From the human T2T-CHM13v2.0 reference genome, Homo sapiens: 64,000 nucleotides of DNA. The translations under genes were made by a program, and so were the position numbers. Of the stretch, positions 17,878-30,766 are shown piece by piece; within the stretch, counting starts at the first letter, position 1; each line of letters opens with the position of its first letter. The notes beneath the pieces were generated by a model that saw only the letters and a program-made list of their open reading frames with translations, searched no databases and was not told where the DNA came from. The stretch lies in NCBI RefSeq assembly GCF_009914755.1, contig NC_060931.1. The stretch is one strand, 5' to 3'.

Positions 17878-17925
17878 TTATTTTGCTCGTTAGTTGATGC
17901 AGTTTCTTCCTAGTCTTGATGGTCT

Positions 17926-18942
17926 TTACATTTTGGCATGATTTTGCAGCGGCTGGTACCGGTTGTTCCTTTCCATGTTTAGCGCTTCCTTCAGGAGCTC
18001 TTTTAGGGCAGGCCTGGTGGTGACAAAATCTCTCAGCATTTGCTTGTCTGTAAAGTATTTTATTTCTCCTTCACTTATGAAGCTTAGTTTGGCTGGAGAT
18101 GAAATTCTGGGTTGAAAATTCTTTTCTTTAAGAATGTTGAATATTGGCCCCCACTCTCTTCTGGCTTGTAGGGTTTCTGCCGAGAGATCCGGGCTTAGTC
18201 TGATGGGCTTCCCTTTGAGGGTAACCCGACCTTTCTCTCTGGCTGCCCTTAACATTTTTTCCTTCATTTCAACTTTGGTGAATCTGACAATTATGTGTCT
18301 TGGAGTTGCTCTTCTCGAAGAGTATCTTTGTGGTGTTCTCTGTATTTCCTGAATCTGAACGTTGGCCTGCCTTGCTAGATTGGGGAAGTTCTCCTGGATA
18401 ATATCCTGCAGAATGTTTTCCAACTTGGTTCCATTCTCCCCGTCACTTTCAGGTACACCAATCAGATGTAGATTTGGTCTTTTCACATAGTCCCATATTT
18501 CTTGGAGGCTTTGCTCATTTCTCTTTATTCTTTTTTCTCTAAACTTCCCTTCTCACTTCATTTGATTCATTTCATCTTCCATCGCTGATACCCTTTCTTC
18601 CAGTTGATCACATCAGCTCCTGAGGCTTCTGCATTCTTCACGTAGTTCTTGAGCCTTGGTTTTCAGGTCCATCAGCTCCTTTAAGCACTTCTCTGTATTG
18701 GTTATTCTAGTTATACATTCTTCTAAAATTTTTTCAAAGTTTTCAACTTCTTTGCCTTTGGTTTGAATGCCCTCCCGTAGCTCAGAGTAATTTGATCGTC
18801 TGAAGCCTTCTTCTCTCAGCTCGTCAAAGTCGTTCTCTGTCCAGCTTTGTTCCATTGCTGGTGAGGAACTGCGTTCCTTTGGAGGAGGAGAGGCGCTCTG
18901 CTTTTTAGAGTTTCCAATTTTTCTGTTCTGTTTTTTCCCCAT
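17926..18942 (-). pseudogene. L1 ORF1, full length but with two premature stops (codons 110 and 130)
   Basis: 1017 nt, equal to 338 codons plus stop. In-frame TGA at 18613-18615 and 18553-18555, where the consensus has Arg (CGA>TGA). Confidence 0.92.
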
Positions 18943-19397
18943 CTTTGTGGTTTTATCTACTTTTGGTCTTTGATGATGATGATGTACAGATGGGTTTTTG
19001 GTGTGGATGTCCTTTCTGTTTGTTAGTTTTCCTTCTAACAGACAGGACCCTCAGCTGCAGGTCTGTTGGAGTACCCTGCCGCGTGAGGTGTCAGTGTGCC
19101 CCTGCTGGGGGGTGCCTCCCAGTTAGGCTGCTCGGGGGTCAGGGGTCAGGGACCCACTTGAGGAGGCAGTCTGCCTGTTCTCAGATCTACAGCTGCGTAC
19201 TGGGAGAACCACTGCTCTCTTCAAAGCTGTCAGACAGGGACATTTAAGTCTGCAGAGGTTACTGCTGTCTTTTTGTTTGTCTGTGCCCTGCCCCCAGAGG
19301 TGGAGCCTACAGAGGCAGGCAGGCCTCCTTGAGCTGTGGTGGGCTCCACCCAGTTCCAGCTTCCTGGCTGCTTTGTTTACCTAAGCAAGCCTGGGCA

Positions 19398-19706
19398 ATG
19401 GCGGGCGCCCCTCCCCCAGCCTCGCTGCCGCCTTGCAGTTTGATCTCAGACTGCTGTGCTAGCAATCAGCGAGACTCCGTGGGCGTAGGACCCTCTAAGC
19501 CAGGTGGTGGATATAATCTCGTGGTGCCCTGTTTTTTAAGCCCGTCGGAAAAGCGCCGTATTCGGGTGGGAGTTACCCGATTTTCCAGGTGCCGTCCGTC
19601 ACCCCTTTCTTTGACTAGGAAAGGGAACTCCCTGACCCCTTGCGCTTCCCGAGTGAGGCAATGCCTCGCCCTGCTTCGGCTCACACACGGTGCGCGCACC
19701 CACTGA
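19398..19706 (+). CDS. L1 ORF0 homolog on the antisense strand of the 5' UTR, 102 aa with a longer C-terminus than the 71-aa L1HS form
   Basis: GCA ATG G in strong Kozak context about 450 nt from the L1 5' end. MAGAPPPASLPPCSLISDCCASNQRDSVGVGPS... is the ORF0 N-terminus. Expression is not shown. Confidence 0.6.
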   Translation: MAGAPPPASLPPCSLISDCCASNQRDSVGVGPSKPGGGYNLVVPCFLSPSEKRRIRVGVTRFSRCRPSPLSLTRKGNSLTPCASRVRQCLALLRLTHGARTH

Positions 19707-21694
19707 CCTGCGCCCACTGTCTGGCACTCCCTAGTGAGATGAACCCGGTACCTCAGATGGAGATGCAGAAATCACCCGTCTTCTGCGTTGCTCACGCTGG
19801 GAGCTGTAGACCGGAGCTGTTCCTATTCGGCCATCTTGGCTCCTCCCCCCAGCATCTTTAATGGCAGCATGGAACCTTGTGATTAGGGACATAAGATCAG
19901 TTTTCTCAGCAGGGACCCATGGGTGGGGATTCCTTTTGAGGGATCTCTGGACCCCTCTTAAAGTTTTATTTTGTTCACAAACATGAGCTAAGGGTGAGGA
20001 GGTTTTAAGTAAAAGCTGATAGAGCTGTAAGCCATTGGATGACAGCCCTTTCGTGCTTCTTCGTAGCAGATTTCACATAAGAGAACACTGTGTAGCTCTG
20101 GCACTTGGAGGGTTCTTTCTCTGTCTGCAGACACGGGAGCTCAAGCCATACCCAGAGACAGTGTGGACATGGCAATTCCCGGAGAGCAGACCAGGAGGAG
20201 AGGGAGGTACCTGGAGGAAGGATGCCAAGCCAGAGAAGACAGCAAACATGACAGAGACCGTACATGGCTGTAAGACATTGTTTGTGAATTTAAGACATTT
20301 CCTATGGCATTCTTTTCACATTTTTCCCTTGGGGTAGGGGACTGAGGGGAAATATACCTACCAGTGGCTCATTATAGGGGAAAATTTCTGCAGAATTTAG
20401 TGTTTGATGTTGAAAAACAATTGTGTACATTTGCATACTATTATATTATACTGCCACAATTTTAGCAATTCAAAATATTGATTGAAATTACTTACTCTTC
20501 TCCAATAATCTTGAACTAAAATGGTATTTCCAAGAAAATGCATTATGACCCTCTCAATATGCCACCACATACCTCCTAGGGTATGTGTACCCTCATCTAA
20601 AAAAATAGAACTCAATGGGGATGCCAAACAATTGGGAGGGACTTTGTGGAGATTTGGAGGTCCTACACTTGCAGGTGGTGGTAAAAGCCAGAAAAATGCA
20701 GATAACAGGAGGACAACTTTTTGCTCATAGGGTAGACTATGATTAGACATTTTTGGTGGAGATATTTATTTATACTGGACAATGGAGACGAAACACGAGC
20801 CTGTCATAGCAGGGCTAGCAGGGACCATTTTGTCACATGGCACAGAAACAGAAACTGGAAGTTAGGATAGTGGTGGTGCTGGTAGTGGTGGTGGTAGTCA
20901 TAGGCATAGTAAAGGTAGTGTTTTGATGAAGAAATAGGAGAATTACATGAAATTAACTTGTACCTTGGCCTTCACAGAAATGAAAAGAATACTGGCAGTT
21001 AATCTCTCTGCTTTTCCTTCTGTGGGTTTGAATGTTTTCTTTCTGCTACTCTCTACATGTGTATCCCATTCTCTTTTGGACAAACAAGCATTTTCAGTAA
21101 AACTAATCTCTGTATCTTAATAACATGCCGTAATCCCACAGACATAGTGCTCACTCAGTGCAGTATGATTCAGGCACTGTGTCTCAAATCTAAATTTTTG
21201 GGAGGGCGAATCCATCTGGACGAAGTCGGATCATCTGTCCAGCTGGTTCACTCAGCTGAGATCAGAGTGTTAGGGTTATGTTGAGCTTCCCACACAGAAG
21301 TGGACCATGCAGGTGTCAGCGAGGCACAGGGGAGGGGGGCATGGAGGAAATAATGGGGGTTTCTAGAACAAGATTTGAGCTTAAAGAGAAATAGCCATCT
21401 CTGAGGTGAGGATGCTAGAATTTGACAACTGATAGGATTGGAGGGATTCCCGTTTGGGAGACTTGGTGGCAAATCCACTTTGAATTTGTTGAATGAATGA
21501 ACAAACATTTAGTTTGAAAAAGCCATTTTCTGTATTTACTGCTTTCAAACCCTATGAACATTGGATTCCTGGATTGAAATTAAATTAGTATGACTTTAAC
21601 CCCACCACTATATGAGTGACCTTTAGCAACTCATTTCTCTTAGTTTCTGTTTCCTCTTTTATACATGGGCATTAAAAATACCTGCCTTATCTTA

Positions 21695-22045
<351 letters not shown>

Positions 22046-22064
22046 TATTTAAAAGGTACTCTGA

Positions 22065-22427
<363 letters not shown>

Positions 22428-22820
22428 TGATGTGTTATTCCTAAAATTCTCTCTGTACTCATACTTGTGTGTGCATGTGTTCTTATCTGTGGTGGTGAAG
22501 AGGAAAGGAGTAGAAGACGGTGTAAAGCTGCTAAATAATAGACATTTCACAAGACAAGGAAATGCTGTAATGTCCTGTGTACATTGTTTCCACTCTCACC
22601 TTCCTCTGAACATTTCTGGGCAGAGAAATTACTCCTACTCCAACTAACTCCTTTTTGCCCTTTGCAGGTGGCATGAGATGTTAAGGTCTTTTATATGGGA
22701 CAAAAGAAGGAAAACAACTTGGCTGCAATAAAAACAGAGGTAAAAATTAATGTTTGTAGGCTATGAAGACTGTGAGAAATCATTTTGATAGGTGGGGGTG
22801 TAGATGCCATGTGCTTGTGA

Positions 22821-22895
22821 GTGTGTGTGTGTGTGTGTGTGTGTATGAGTATGTGAGAGAAAGAGGGAGAGAGAGAGAGAGAGAGAGAAAGAGAG
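22821..22895. repeat. (TG)n / (GA)n microsatellite
   Basis: Directly visible. Confidence 0.95.
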
Positions 22896-24394
22896 TCTTG
22901 TAGTAGTGGTTTTTCTCCATTGGCCTGTGGAATCAGTTCAGTGTGGGATGTGTTGACTGTTTACTGTGGCTATTCCTAAGGGTTGAGGAACTGGAGGAAT
23001 AGTTCTTAACAGAATTTAAGCTAATGATACTGCTTGTTGGATATTATTTCATTTTCAGAAAGGACTGGCTGAGGAGGGGTTGGGAAACTGACATTGGATG
23101 TCAGGTACTTATGTCAGCTTAGGCTCAAAGTAACATCATGAAGTACTCATGATCATCCCTGATTTCCAGATAAGGCAACTGAGCTTCAGAAAATTGAAAT
23201 GGTTGTCCAAGTTCTGCAGAAAGTAAGTAGAGGACCTCATATTTAAGCCCAGGCTAGTTTGATTTGAAACTCCATGTTCTTCTTTCTTTTTTTTTTTTTT
23301 CGATTATTAGAGACAGGGTCTTGCTGTGTTGCCCAGGATGGAGTGCAGTGGTGCTATCATAGCTCCCTGCAGCCTCAAACTCCTGGGCTCAAGTGATCCT
23401 CTTGCTGCTGTATGGAGGCTGAGAATCCCTAAAGTGCATTCTCCAAATTTTCCAAAATTCCTCAATTTTTATGGAAAATTCCCCAGATTTTCAGTTGAAA
23501 TCATCTGAAAATTTAACATGAAAATACTCTCCAAAAAAAGATTTATCTTGAATGAAATACTATGTTTGACAATTTCATACTAAAGGGATATTTTAGGGAC
23601 AACTAATCCACCCATAGTTAATTACTGGTAAAATCCACACAGATAAAATTATTATTTTCTACAAGGATTTTATTCCAGGAAGGGAGAACACATGAAGTCA
23701 TGTTCCATGTAGGAGGAGGAAGGATGCACACTGGGCCTCATCTGTCACTTCTGGGCTCAGCATTCAGAATGGGCTCTTCATGTGGGTCTGGCTTTGACAG
23801 AGAGTTTGAGGAGGCTCTGTGGGCAGCATCTTAAGGAGTGGCTAGCACTCCTCTGAGCACTTTGGGGAATGCACACCTATAAAACAGAGCAATATATTCT
23901 TGAATGCACTATTACCCCAGTGGCTTGGGAAAGGGGAAATGTCAGAACGACAATTACAACACACATAGAATGCTTACTATGGCCTATGTATCATGCCAAA
24001 TGATTCACATGCATTATTTCATTCCCTCCTCATATCTACACAACTTCACTCCAAAGAACATGCACCTGTGCAGCTTCCAGAGTCCCCTGTGGATACTTAG
24101 TCTGCTTGGAGGTGTGGGGAGAAGTAATATTCTTCTGGACTAAAAACTGAAAGAAGCAGATAATCCAGTGTTTTGAATCTGTGTAGAAATCTATCTCGTG
24201 CTTATGACAGCTCTGGGCAGTTTCTTACCTGCAGTGGTTCCCTATTGCTTGCAAAATCTTCTTGCTGAGATGAGATGCTAGAATCTCTGCATTGTGGCTC
24301 CAGTGTACTTTCCCAGAAGTGTCCCTGATTGTCTCACAACTGTCTTCTCTGTGTCTTTTTACTGCAGTTTCTAAAACAGGTTCTGTTATTTCTT

Positions 24395-24514
24395 TTTTTT
24401 TATGTTTTTTTATTTTTTATTTTTTTATTATTATACTTTAAGTTTTAGGGTACATGTGCACAATGTGCAGGTTAGTTACATATGTATACATGTGCCATGC
24501 TGGTGCGCTGCACC
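24395..24514 (-). mobile_element. Extremely 5'-truncated young L1PA (~120 bp including poly(A))
   Basis: Terminal L1 3' UTR sequence with a perfect 16-bp TSD, GGTTCTGTTATTTCTT, at 24379-24394 and 24515-24530. Confidence 0.92.
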
Positions 24515-24749
24515 GGTTCTGTTATTTCTTACCTGTGGGTCTGGCTAATGCTGCTCCCTTCGCCCAAAATATCTTTCCTTTTCGCCTTCCCTTCCCACTT
24601 CCACCCAGCTATGGCTTTGATTTCTTTCCTGTCCCTCCCAGCATGTGTATTCTCTGTCCAGTAGCATTTGCTGGTGCTGTCTTCTCTTTAGCATCGTAGC
24701 CATTTGACTTCTCTCTGCTATGAGGTCATGGAGGAATCACGCTCATCTA

Positions 24750-24980
24750 TATTTCAGTGCAGGCTTGACCAGACTGCCTGGCTTTGCATTCTGGGTTTGC
24801 CTCTCATTAGTTACATGACCTGGGGCAAGTCGCCTTTGTGCCTCAGGTTTCTCATCTGTAAAACTGGGATAATAACAGTACCGACTGCATAGCGTAGTTA
24901 CCAGGAGGAAGTGAAATAATGCATGGAAATCATTTAGCATAGAACATAGGCCACAGTACGCACTCTGTAGATGTTGTTAC
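24750..24980 (+). mobile_element. MIR
   Basis: MIR core: TGACCTGGGGCAAGTC...GTGCCTCAGGTTTCTCATCTGTAAAACTGGGATAATAACAGTACC. Confidence 0.8.
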
Positions 24981-25139
24981 TGTTATTCTCATAGTGCCTT
25001 GTTTGTAGTACACACATAATGACTGTATATTGATGGAATTGTGTGGAGGAAGTGGTTATTGCTATATTTTCTGTGGCCGGAAGTGAGGAGGCAGCCCCAG
25101 GGCTAATGCTTGATCCAGAGGTGGGGTCACAATGGTTAG

Positions 25140-25470
<331 letters not shown>

Positions 25471-26314
25471 GAGAAAAGGAGATATTTTAATCACATTCCA
25501 ATCCTCACGTTTGCATAGTCTTCGAGGCTCCCAAGTAGACATGCTTTTCTAATATCTCCAAGCCTAGATAAGGCCATGTCACCAGACAGCAAGCCACTCC
25601 AGGCACCACAATGATTATACCTTGGTCTGGCCTGAACCATGTTTTTAAATCCAGGGACTTGGAGCTAAGCCTTTAAACTGCTACAGTCAGGCAACATCAT
25701 AGATGTTGTGCAGGGTAGGTGTTCAATAATTTTTCCTTTGTAAACATGAATGACTGCCTGCTATGTTCGGAATTCTGATTTGGGGTCGAATGAGAGATTG
25801 GCATATTTGAATGGGCCTTGGATTGGGGATTCAGGGTCTGAGCTCTTGTCACAACTGTGGCAGATGCAAACTGATCATATTAATTGTAACTGACACTTAC
25901 TGAGTATTTACTAAGTAACATCAAGTCTTTTACTCACATTATTTTGTCTAGTTTATAAATTTATTGATAGGTAGTATTTTAATCTTCATTTAAGTTACAG
26001 AATCAGAGACTTAGTTGCTTAAGCTCCCCCAGTTAATAAGCAGACCTGGGCTTTGCAATTCAGGCCTGCCCTGTTCGGATCTGGAACTCTGAGTCACCAC
26101 CCACACAAACCTCCTATTCCTGGGTCTCAATTTCCTCTTCTGTAAAATAAGGAGGCTATGCTTAGTGATTTTTAAAGTTCTTTAAGGGCGATACCAAACA
26201 ACTCAAGTCACATGTCTTAGGAGCTTGATGGATGTGCATTTGGGTGGCAGTTTAGACATTTGCTGCCTTGGGGCCATTGTGAACATCAGTGAGATCATGT
26301 AGGTGAAGGTCTTG

Positions 26315-26619
26315 TTTTTATTTATTTATTTTTATTGAGGCAGGCTCTCACTCTGTTACCCAAGCTGGGCTGCAGTGACATGATCATAGCTCACTGCAGC
26401 CTTGACCCCCAGGCTCAGGTGATACTCCCACTTCAGCTTCCCAAGTAGCTGGGACTACAGGTGTGGACCACCACACTCAGCTGATTTTTTTTATTTTTTG
26501 TAGAGACATGTTCTCCTTATGTTGCCCAGGCTGGCCTTGAACTCCTGGGCTCAAGTGATCTTCTCGTCTTGGCCTCCCAAAGTGCTAGGATTACATGTAT
26601 GAGCCACTGCTTCAGACCC
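26315..26619 (-). mobile_element. AluJ-type
   Basis: Reverse dimer; AAGGTCTTG on both flanks. Confidence 0.88.
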
Positions 26620-27676
26620 AAGGTCTTGGCACTCGGCCAGCCTCCATGCATGCCAGTTTTCCTTTCTTTCCTCTTTTAGCTGTAAATTCTTTGATTCTAT
26701 GATGCCAAAGAAACACGGTAAGTCAGTGTTACCACGGTGGTTGTTGTTCACTGATGGTTCATGAAATCAGAAAAGTAAGGATAAGGAAGTAAACTTTCAA
26801 AGAGATAAATTGATTCAATTTTGATTATCTGTCTATGTCTACTGTGAAACGACTGTGATAAGAGATAGTGATTTTTGTTTGTATTTTCCAGATGATATAC
26901 ATGGTTTATAAATTTAGGTCTCTTGGCCCAGATTTTTTTCTGAATTTTCACTAGCCCATAAAGACAAATGCCTAGAAATAGCAGTAGCTGAGCAGGACTT
27001 TTTAAACTATGTGTGGTAAAACAGCAATTGTTTTAAAATTGTCCAATATATCACAGACTGTGGCTTTTGTAAAATTAAAACTAAATTACTTGAAAAATAA
27101 ATTTTAAAAAAGCATATACAGATACAAGCTCCATTTTTTAATTATCAAGATCAATGACATGAAATGATTCTGTCAAATTGTAATGCAAGTCTCTCAACAC
27201 TTACCTTCAATTTCTGTGCTTATTTTTCTGGAAGCTGGCAACCACAGGTTCACAGATAACTCTTGGAGTATCACAGAGCGGGGAACTCTGCCCCACTTGG
27301 AGGAAGGTCCACTTAGTAACAGAGCAAAGTTCTTAACCTGGGGTTTGTAGATATAATTCTGAAAGCCTGTGAACTTGGAGGGGGAAAATATTTACATATC
27401 TTTTCTTTGCTAAATTCTAATTGAAATTTAGAGTTAGGCTGCAAACTACAGTGGTGTTAGTAGTACCTATGAATTTGGTTTCAAGAGAGGTCACAGTTAC
27501 TTTCACATCATATATTTAAAACAATCTCAAGATATTGTTTACGCTTATCATGTTTTTGAAATTGCAATCGCTATTAGACATATCGCTTTATTGTTAGTAT
27601 GTCATTAAAGAGGCACAAACTATAATTTAAAAAATATTATAGTAACTGTGTTTCAATGTAATTGATTTTCTTTGTA

Positions 27677-27911
27677 TCTCAGCTCACTACAACCTCCGCC
27701 TCCTGGGTTCAAGTGATTCTCTTGCCGCAGCCTCATGAGTAGCTGGGATTACAGGCACGCACCGCCATGCCCGGCTAATTTTCGTACTTTTAGTAGAGAC
27801 GCGGTTTCACCATGTTGGCCAGGCTGGTCTTGAACTCCTGGCCTCAGGTGATCTGTCCACCTCAGCCTCCCAAAGTGCTGGGATTACAGGCGTGAGCCAC
27901 TGCACCTGGCC
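27677..27911 (-). mobile_element. AluS lacking its 3' end
   Basis: Reverse Alu sequence without the tail. Confidence 0.85.
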
Positions 27912-27934
27912 TAAGAATTAATTCTAAGAGGGGT

Positions 27935-29091
27935 TTATAAGCATGTCTCAGCTCCATAAGTTCTTCTTGCCCACTGCCCTCCAAAAAGATCAATGAGAAC
28001 AGCAGGCATTGCAGTAAATAAAGAGTTGAATAATCACAGTGTTGGCCAAACAAGAGCAGGCAAAAACTTCTCAATCCCCTCTCCCTCAGGATTCAAAGGC
28101 TAAGGTTTGTAAAGGGTACTTTGGTGGGCATGGGGCTGGGGAACTTGTATAATTGATAGGCAGGGAATGAAATCACAGGAGCACCTAAAACTGTCTTTGT
28201 GCAACTGAGTCAGTTCCCAGGAGGGGTGTGTGTGTTGGCCTCAAGACTAGGTGGTGTCTGTTGGTCTACTGAAATGCTAACAAATATCTAAAAGACCAGT
28301 TATTTAGGTTTCACAATAGTGATTGATATGGTTAGGCTTTGTGTCAGAACCCAAATCTTATCTTGAATTGTAATCCCCATAATCCCCATGTGTCAAGGGA
28401 GGGACCAGGTGGGATGTGATTGGATCATGGGGGCGGATCCCCCTATGCTGTTCTCATGATAGTGGGTGAGTTCTCATGAGATCTGATGGTTTTGCAAAGC
28501 AGTTTTCCCTGCTCTTGCTCACTCTCTCTGGCCTGCCGCCATGTTAAGAAGTCCCTGCTTCCCCTTCCACCATGATTGTTTCCTGAGGCCTTCCCACCCT
28601 TGCGGAACTGAGTCAACGAAACCTCTTTTCTTTATAAATTACCCAGTCTCAGGCATGTCTTTATAGAAGTGTGAAAACAGACCAATACAGTGATGTTATC
28701 TTTGGTAGTTGGGGAAGTTATGAATTTTGTGACACTGGTTGTGTGACTGGGGCAGTAAGCAACTTATAGAAAAACAAACTAAGCCATGGCAGGACATTGT
28801 TTATGCCTATTCTTTAGCAAAGTCTAAGCCCCTACCATAATTCCAACCTTGCCTTATGAATGCGCCTTTAAGCTCCAGGCAAGGAGGGGGATCATTTTCC
28901 CTTGACTCCAAGTTTAACTATAAACTAAATCCCTCTCATAGGTTTCTTGGCCTTTGTACTAGAATAAGCAAAAAGCCAACCAAAAAAAAAAAAAATCCCC
29001 TAGAAAACATAATTTAGCCTGGGAGGTTAGAAGCAAGATGGAGTCAGTCTTGTTAGATTTCTCTTATTTATAGTTCTGCAAAGGCAGTTCA
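27935..29091 (-). mobile_element. ERV1 solo LTR (LTR8-like), interrupted by a THE1 LTR; left boundary approximate
   Basis: The minus strand begins TGAACTGCCTTTGCAGAAC...GACTCCATCTTGCTTCTAACCTCC...TTAGTTTATAGTT, similar to the LTR8-family 5' end as I recall it. Confidence 0.6.
28324..28689 (+). mobile_element. THE1 (MaLR) solo LTR
   Basis: TGATATGGTTAGGCTTTGTGTC...GACCAATACA, 366 bp; 5-bp TSD GTGAT at 28319-28323 and 28690-28694. Confidence 0.9.
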
Positions 29092-29459
29092 AGAGTCACC
29101 AGACTGTTAAAGGATTTCCATACTGCAAACAAGCTTAAGGACACCTTAAAGAAGAAAGAAGAAAACTATTTTTAAAACATTTTTAAAACAACTTCCTTCC
29201 ATCACAATCATCAGATTGTGCTACTAAACGTCAGTGAGTTCCTGAGAGATTCGGAGTCAGTGCAAGAGACCAGGGCTCTTTTGGAATACTGGGGTCATTT
29301 ATTTTTTGCTCTTTATCATCTACAAATTGTGTCTGTGTTCTCTTACCAGACATACAGGGTGTCCTCACCACCGATTAAACATTCAGTGCCTGGAGGGGAT
29401 GGAGTGGGTCATGGGAGCTGGCTTTTCCTTCCAAAAGTCTTAAGGATGTCCTTCTTAGA

Positions 29460-29620
29460 GCAAGACCACGATTACTAATTAACTAAAAATTCTGATCCTG
29501 GAAATAAAAGCTGGCCATTCATTTGCATTTGAAAGCCATTAACATTTTCTTGATAGGTCGGTAAATAGTTACCAGATCTTTGGTTGCTTTGGTGGACTGT
29601 GCTCCTCTGCTTTTATTGCT
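29460..29620 (+). promoter_or_regulatory. MGAM: MGAM proximal promoter with HNF1-like, octamer, GATA and CDX-like motifs
   Basis: HNF1-like ATTACTAATTAAC (29471-29483) and GGTAAATAGTTACC (29560-29573); octamer ATTTGCAT (29521-29528); GATA TGATAG (29551-29556); CDX-type TTTATTGC (29612-29619). HNF1/GATA/CDX2 is the established enterocyte disaccharidase promoter logic (SI, LCT). Binding is not shown here. Confidence 0.6.
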
Positions 29621-29666
29621 AAGCCATCCTTCAGACAGAGAGGGAGCGGCTGCAAGAGGTAATGAG
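29615..29666 (+). other. MGAM: MGAM non-coding first exon (5' boundary approximate)
   Basis: ATTGCTAAGCCATCCTTCAGACAGAGAGGGAGCGGCTGCAAGAGGTAATGAG matches my recollection of the MGAM mRNA 5' UTR. It is followed by the donor GAG|GTATGT at 29666/29667. Confidence 0.8.
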
Positions 29667-29764
29667 GTATGTTTGTGAACCTTGTATTCTTTTACGGTTA
29701 CAGATGTGTGTCTACAAGTGTGTGTGAATTTGAGTTGATCTCTTTTAGTCAAAATGCCCTTGTT

Positions 29765-30051
29765 GGCCGGGTGCAGTGGCTCACACTTGTAATCCCAGCA
29801 CTTTGGGAGGCCGAGGCGGGTGGATCACGAGATCAGGAGATCGAGACCATGGTGAAACCCCATCTCTACTAAAAAAATACAAAAAATTAGCCGGGCATGG
29901 TGGCGGGCGCCTGTAGTCCCAGCTACTCGGAGAGGCTAAGGCAGGAGAATGGCGTGAACCTGGGAGGTAGAGCTTGCAGTGAGCCGAGATCACGCCACTG
30001 CACTCCAGCCTGGGGCGTAGAGCGATACTCCGTCTCAAAAAAAAAAAAAAA
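29765..30051 (+). mobile_element. AluY-type in MGAM intron 1
   Basis: CpG-rich dimer with Y diagnostics (GAGATCGAGACC, GAATGGCGTGAACC); GCCCTTGTT on both flanks; about 12 bp deleted in the left arm. Confidence 0.92.
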
Positions 30052-30695
30052 GCCCTTGTTAATTTGTTAAACACAAAGATAAACAACACCAATAATAAAT
30101 CAAAAATTATGCACATGCATACACATGGAACAAAATTCTCATTTATCTTTTTTTCTTAGTGTGTGTATATTTTTCTGAACTAAGGCTGGATCTATAAGCC
30201 TGATTGTAGTGAAACCTGTGTGTTTGTGTGTGTTTCTGTGTGAGGTGTGATGAATTATTTAATACTTAGGTTGAGGTAGCAGGCAGAAATTCTTTCAGAT
30301 TCTGGAAATGAAGTGAGAGAAATGAATAAAAGGAGTTAGAATTTGGGAGTGAGATTAGAGCATTTTCCCTCTGAAAGGATTTGGAGTTGTGATTGAGAAA
30401 ATGTAACTGAAGAACCAATTATAATCAGAAAATTGAGAAATATATCACTATGCTTATGGGTTTGGTGCCTCTGTTGATTAAATACAGAATAATTTTAGGG
30501 GATAGTCTGAGGATGTGTGTAAAATATTGGGATGCATTTATGAGTTGGTGTGCATTGGTGGGTAGGAGAGGTTTCCTGTGGAATGTGGGAGGAGGTCATA
30601 AAGAGAAAGGTAGGGTATCTGTCCTGGCAGTCATGTGTGGAGTAGAATGGGAGTGCTCGTGGGAAGAGGAGAAGGTGATAAATTGTTGTTGGCCC

Positions 30696-30766
30696 TTAAA
30701 CTTAAAAACTTAAAATAAAATACTTAAAATAAACTTAAAATAAAACTTAAAATAAAACTTAAAAAA
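30696..30766. repeat. AT-rich ~12-bp tandem repeat (CTTAAAATAAAA)n
   Basis: About 5 imperfect units. Confidence 0.85.
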
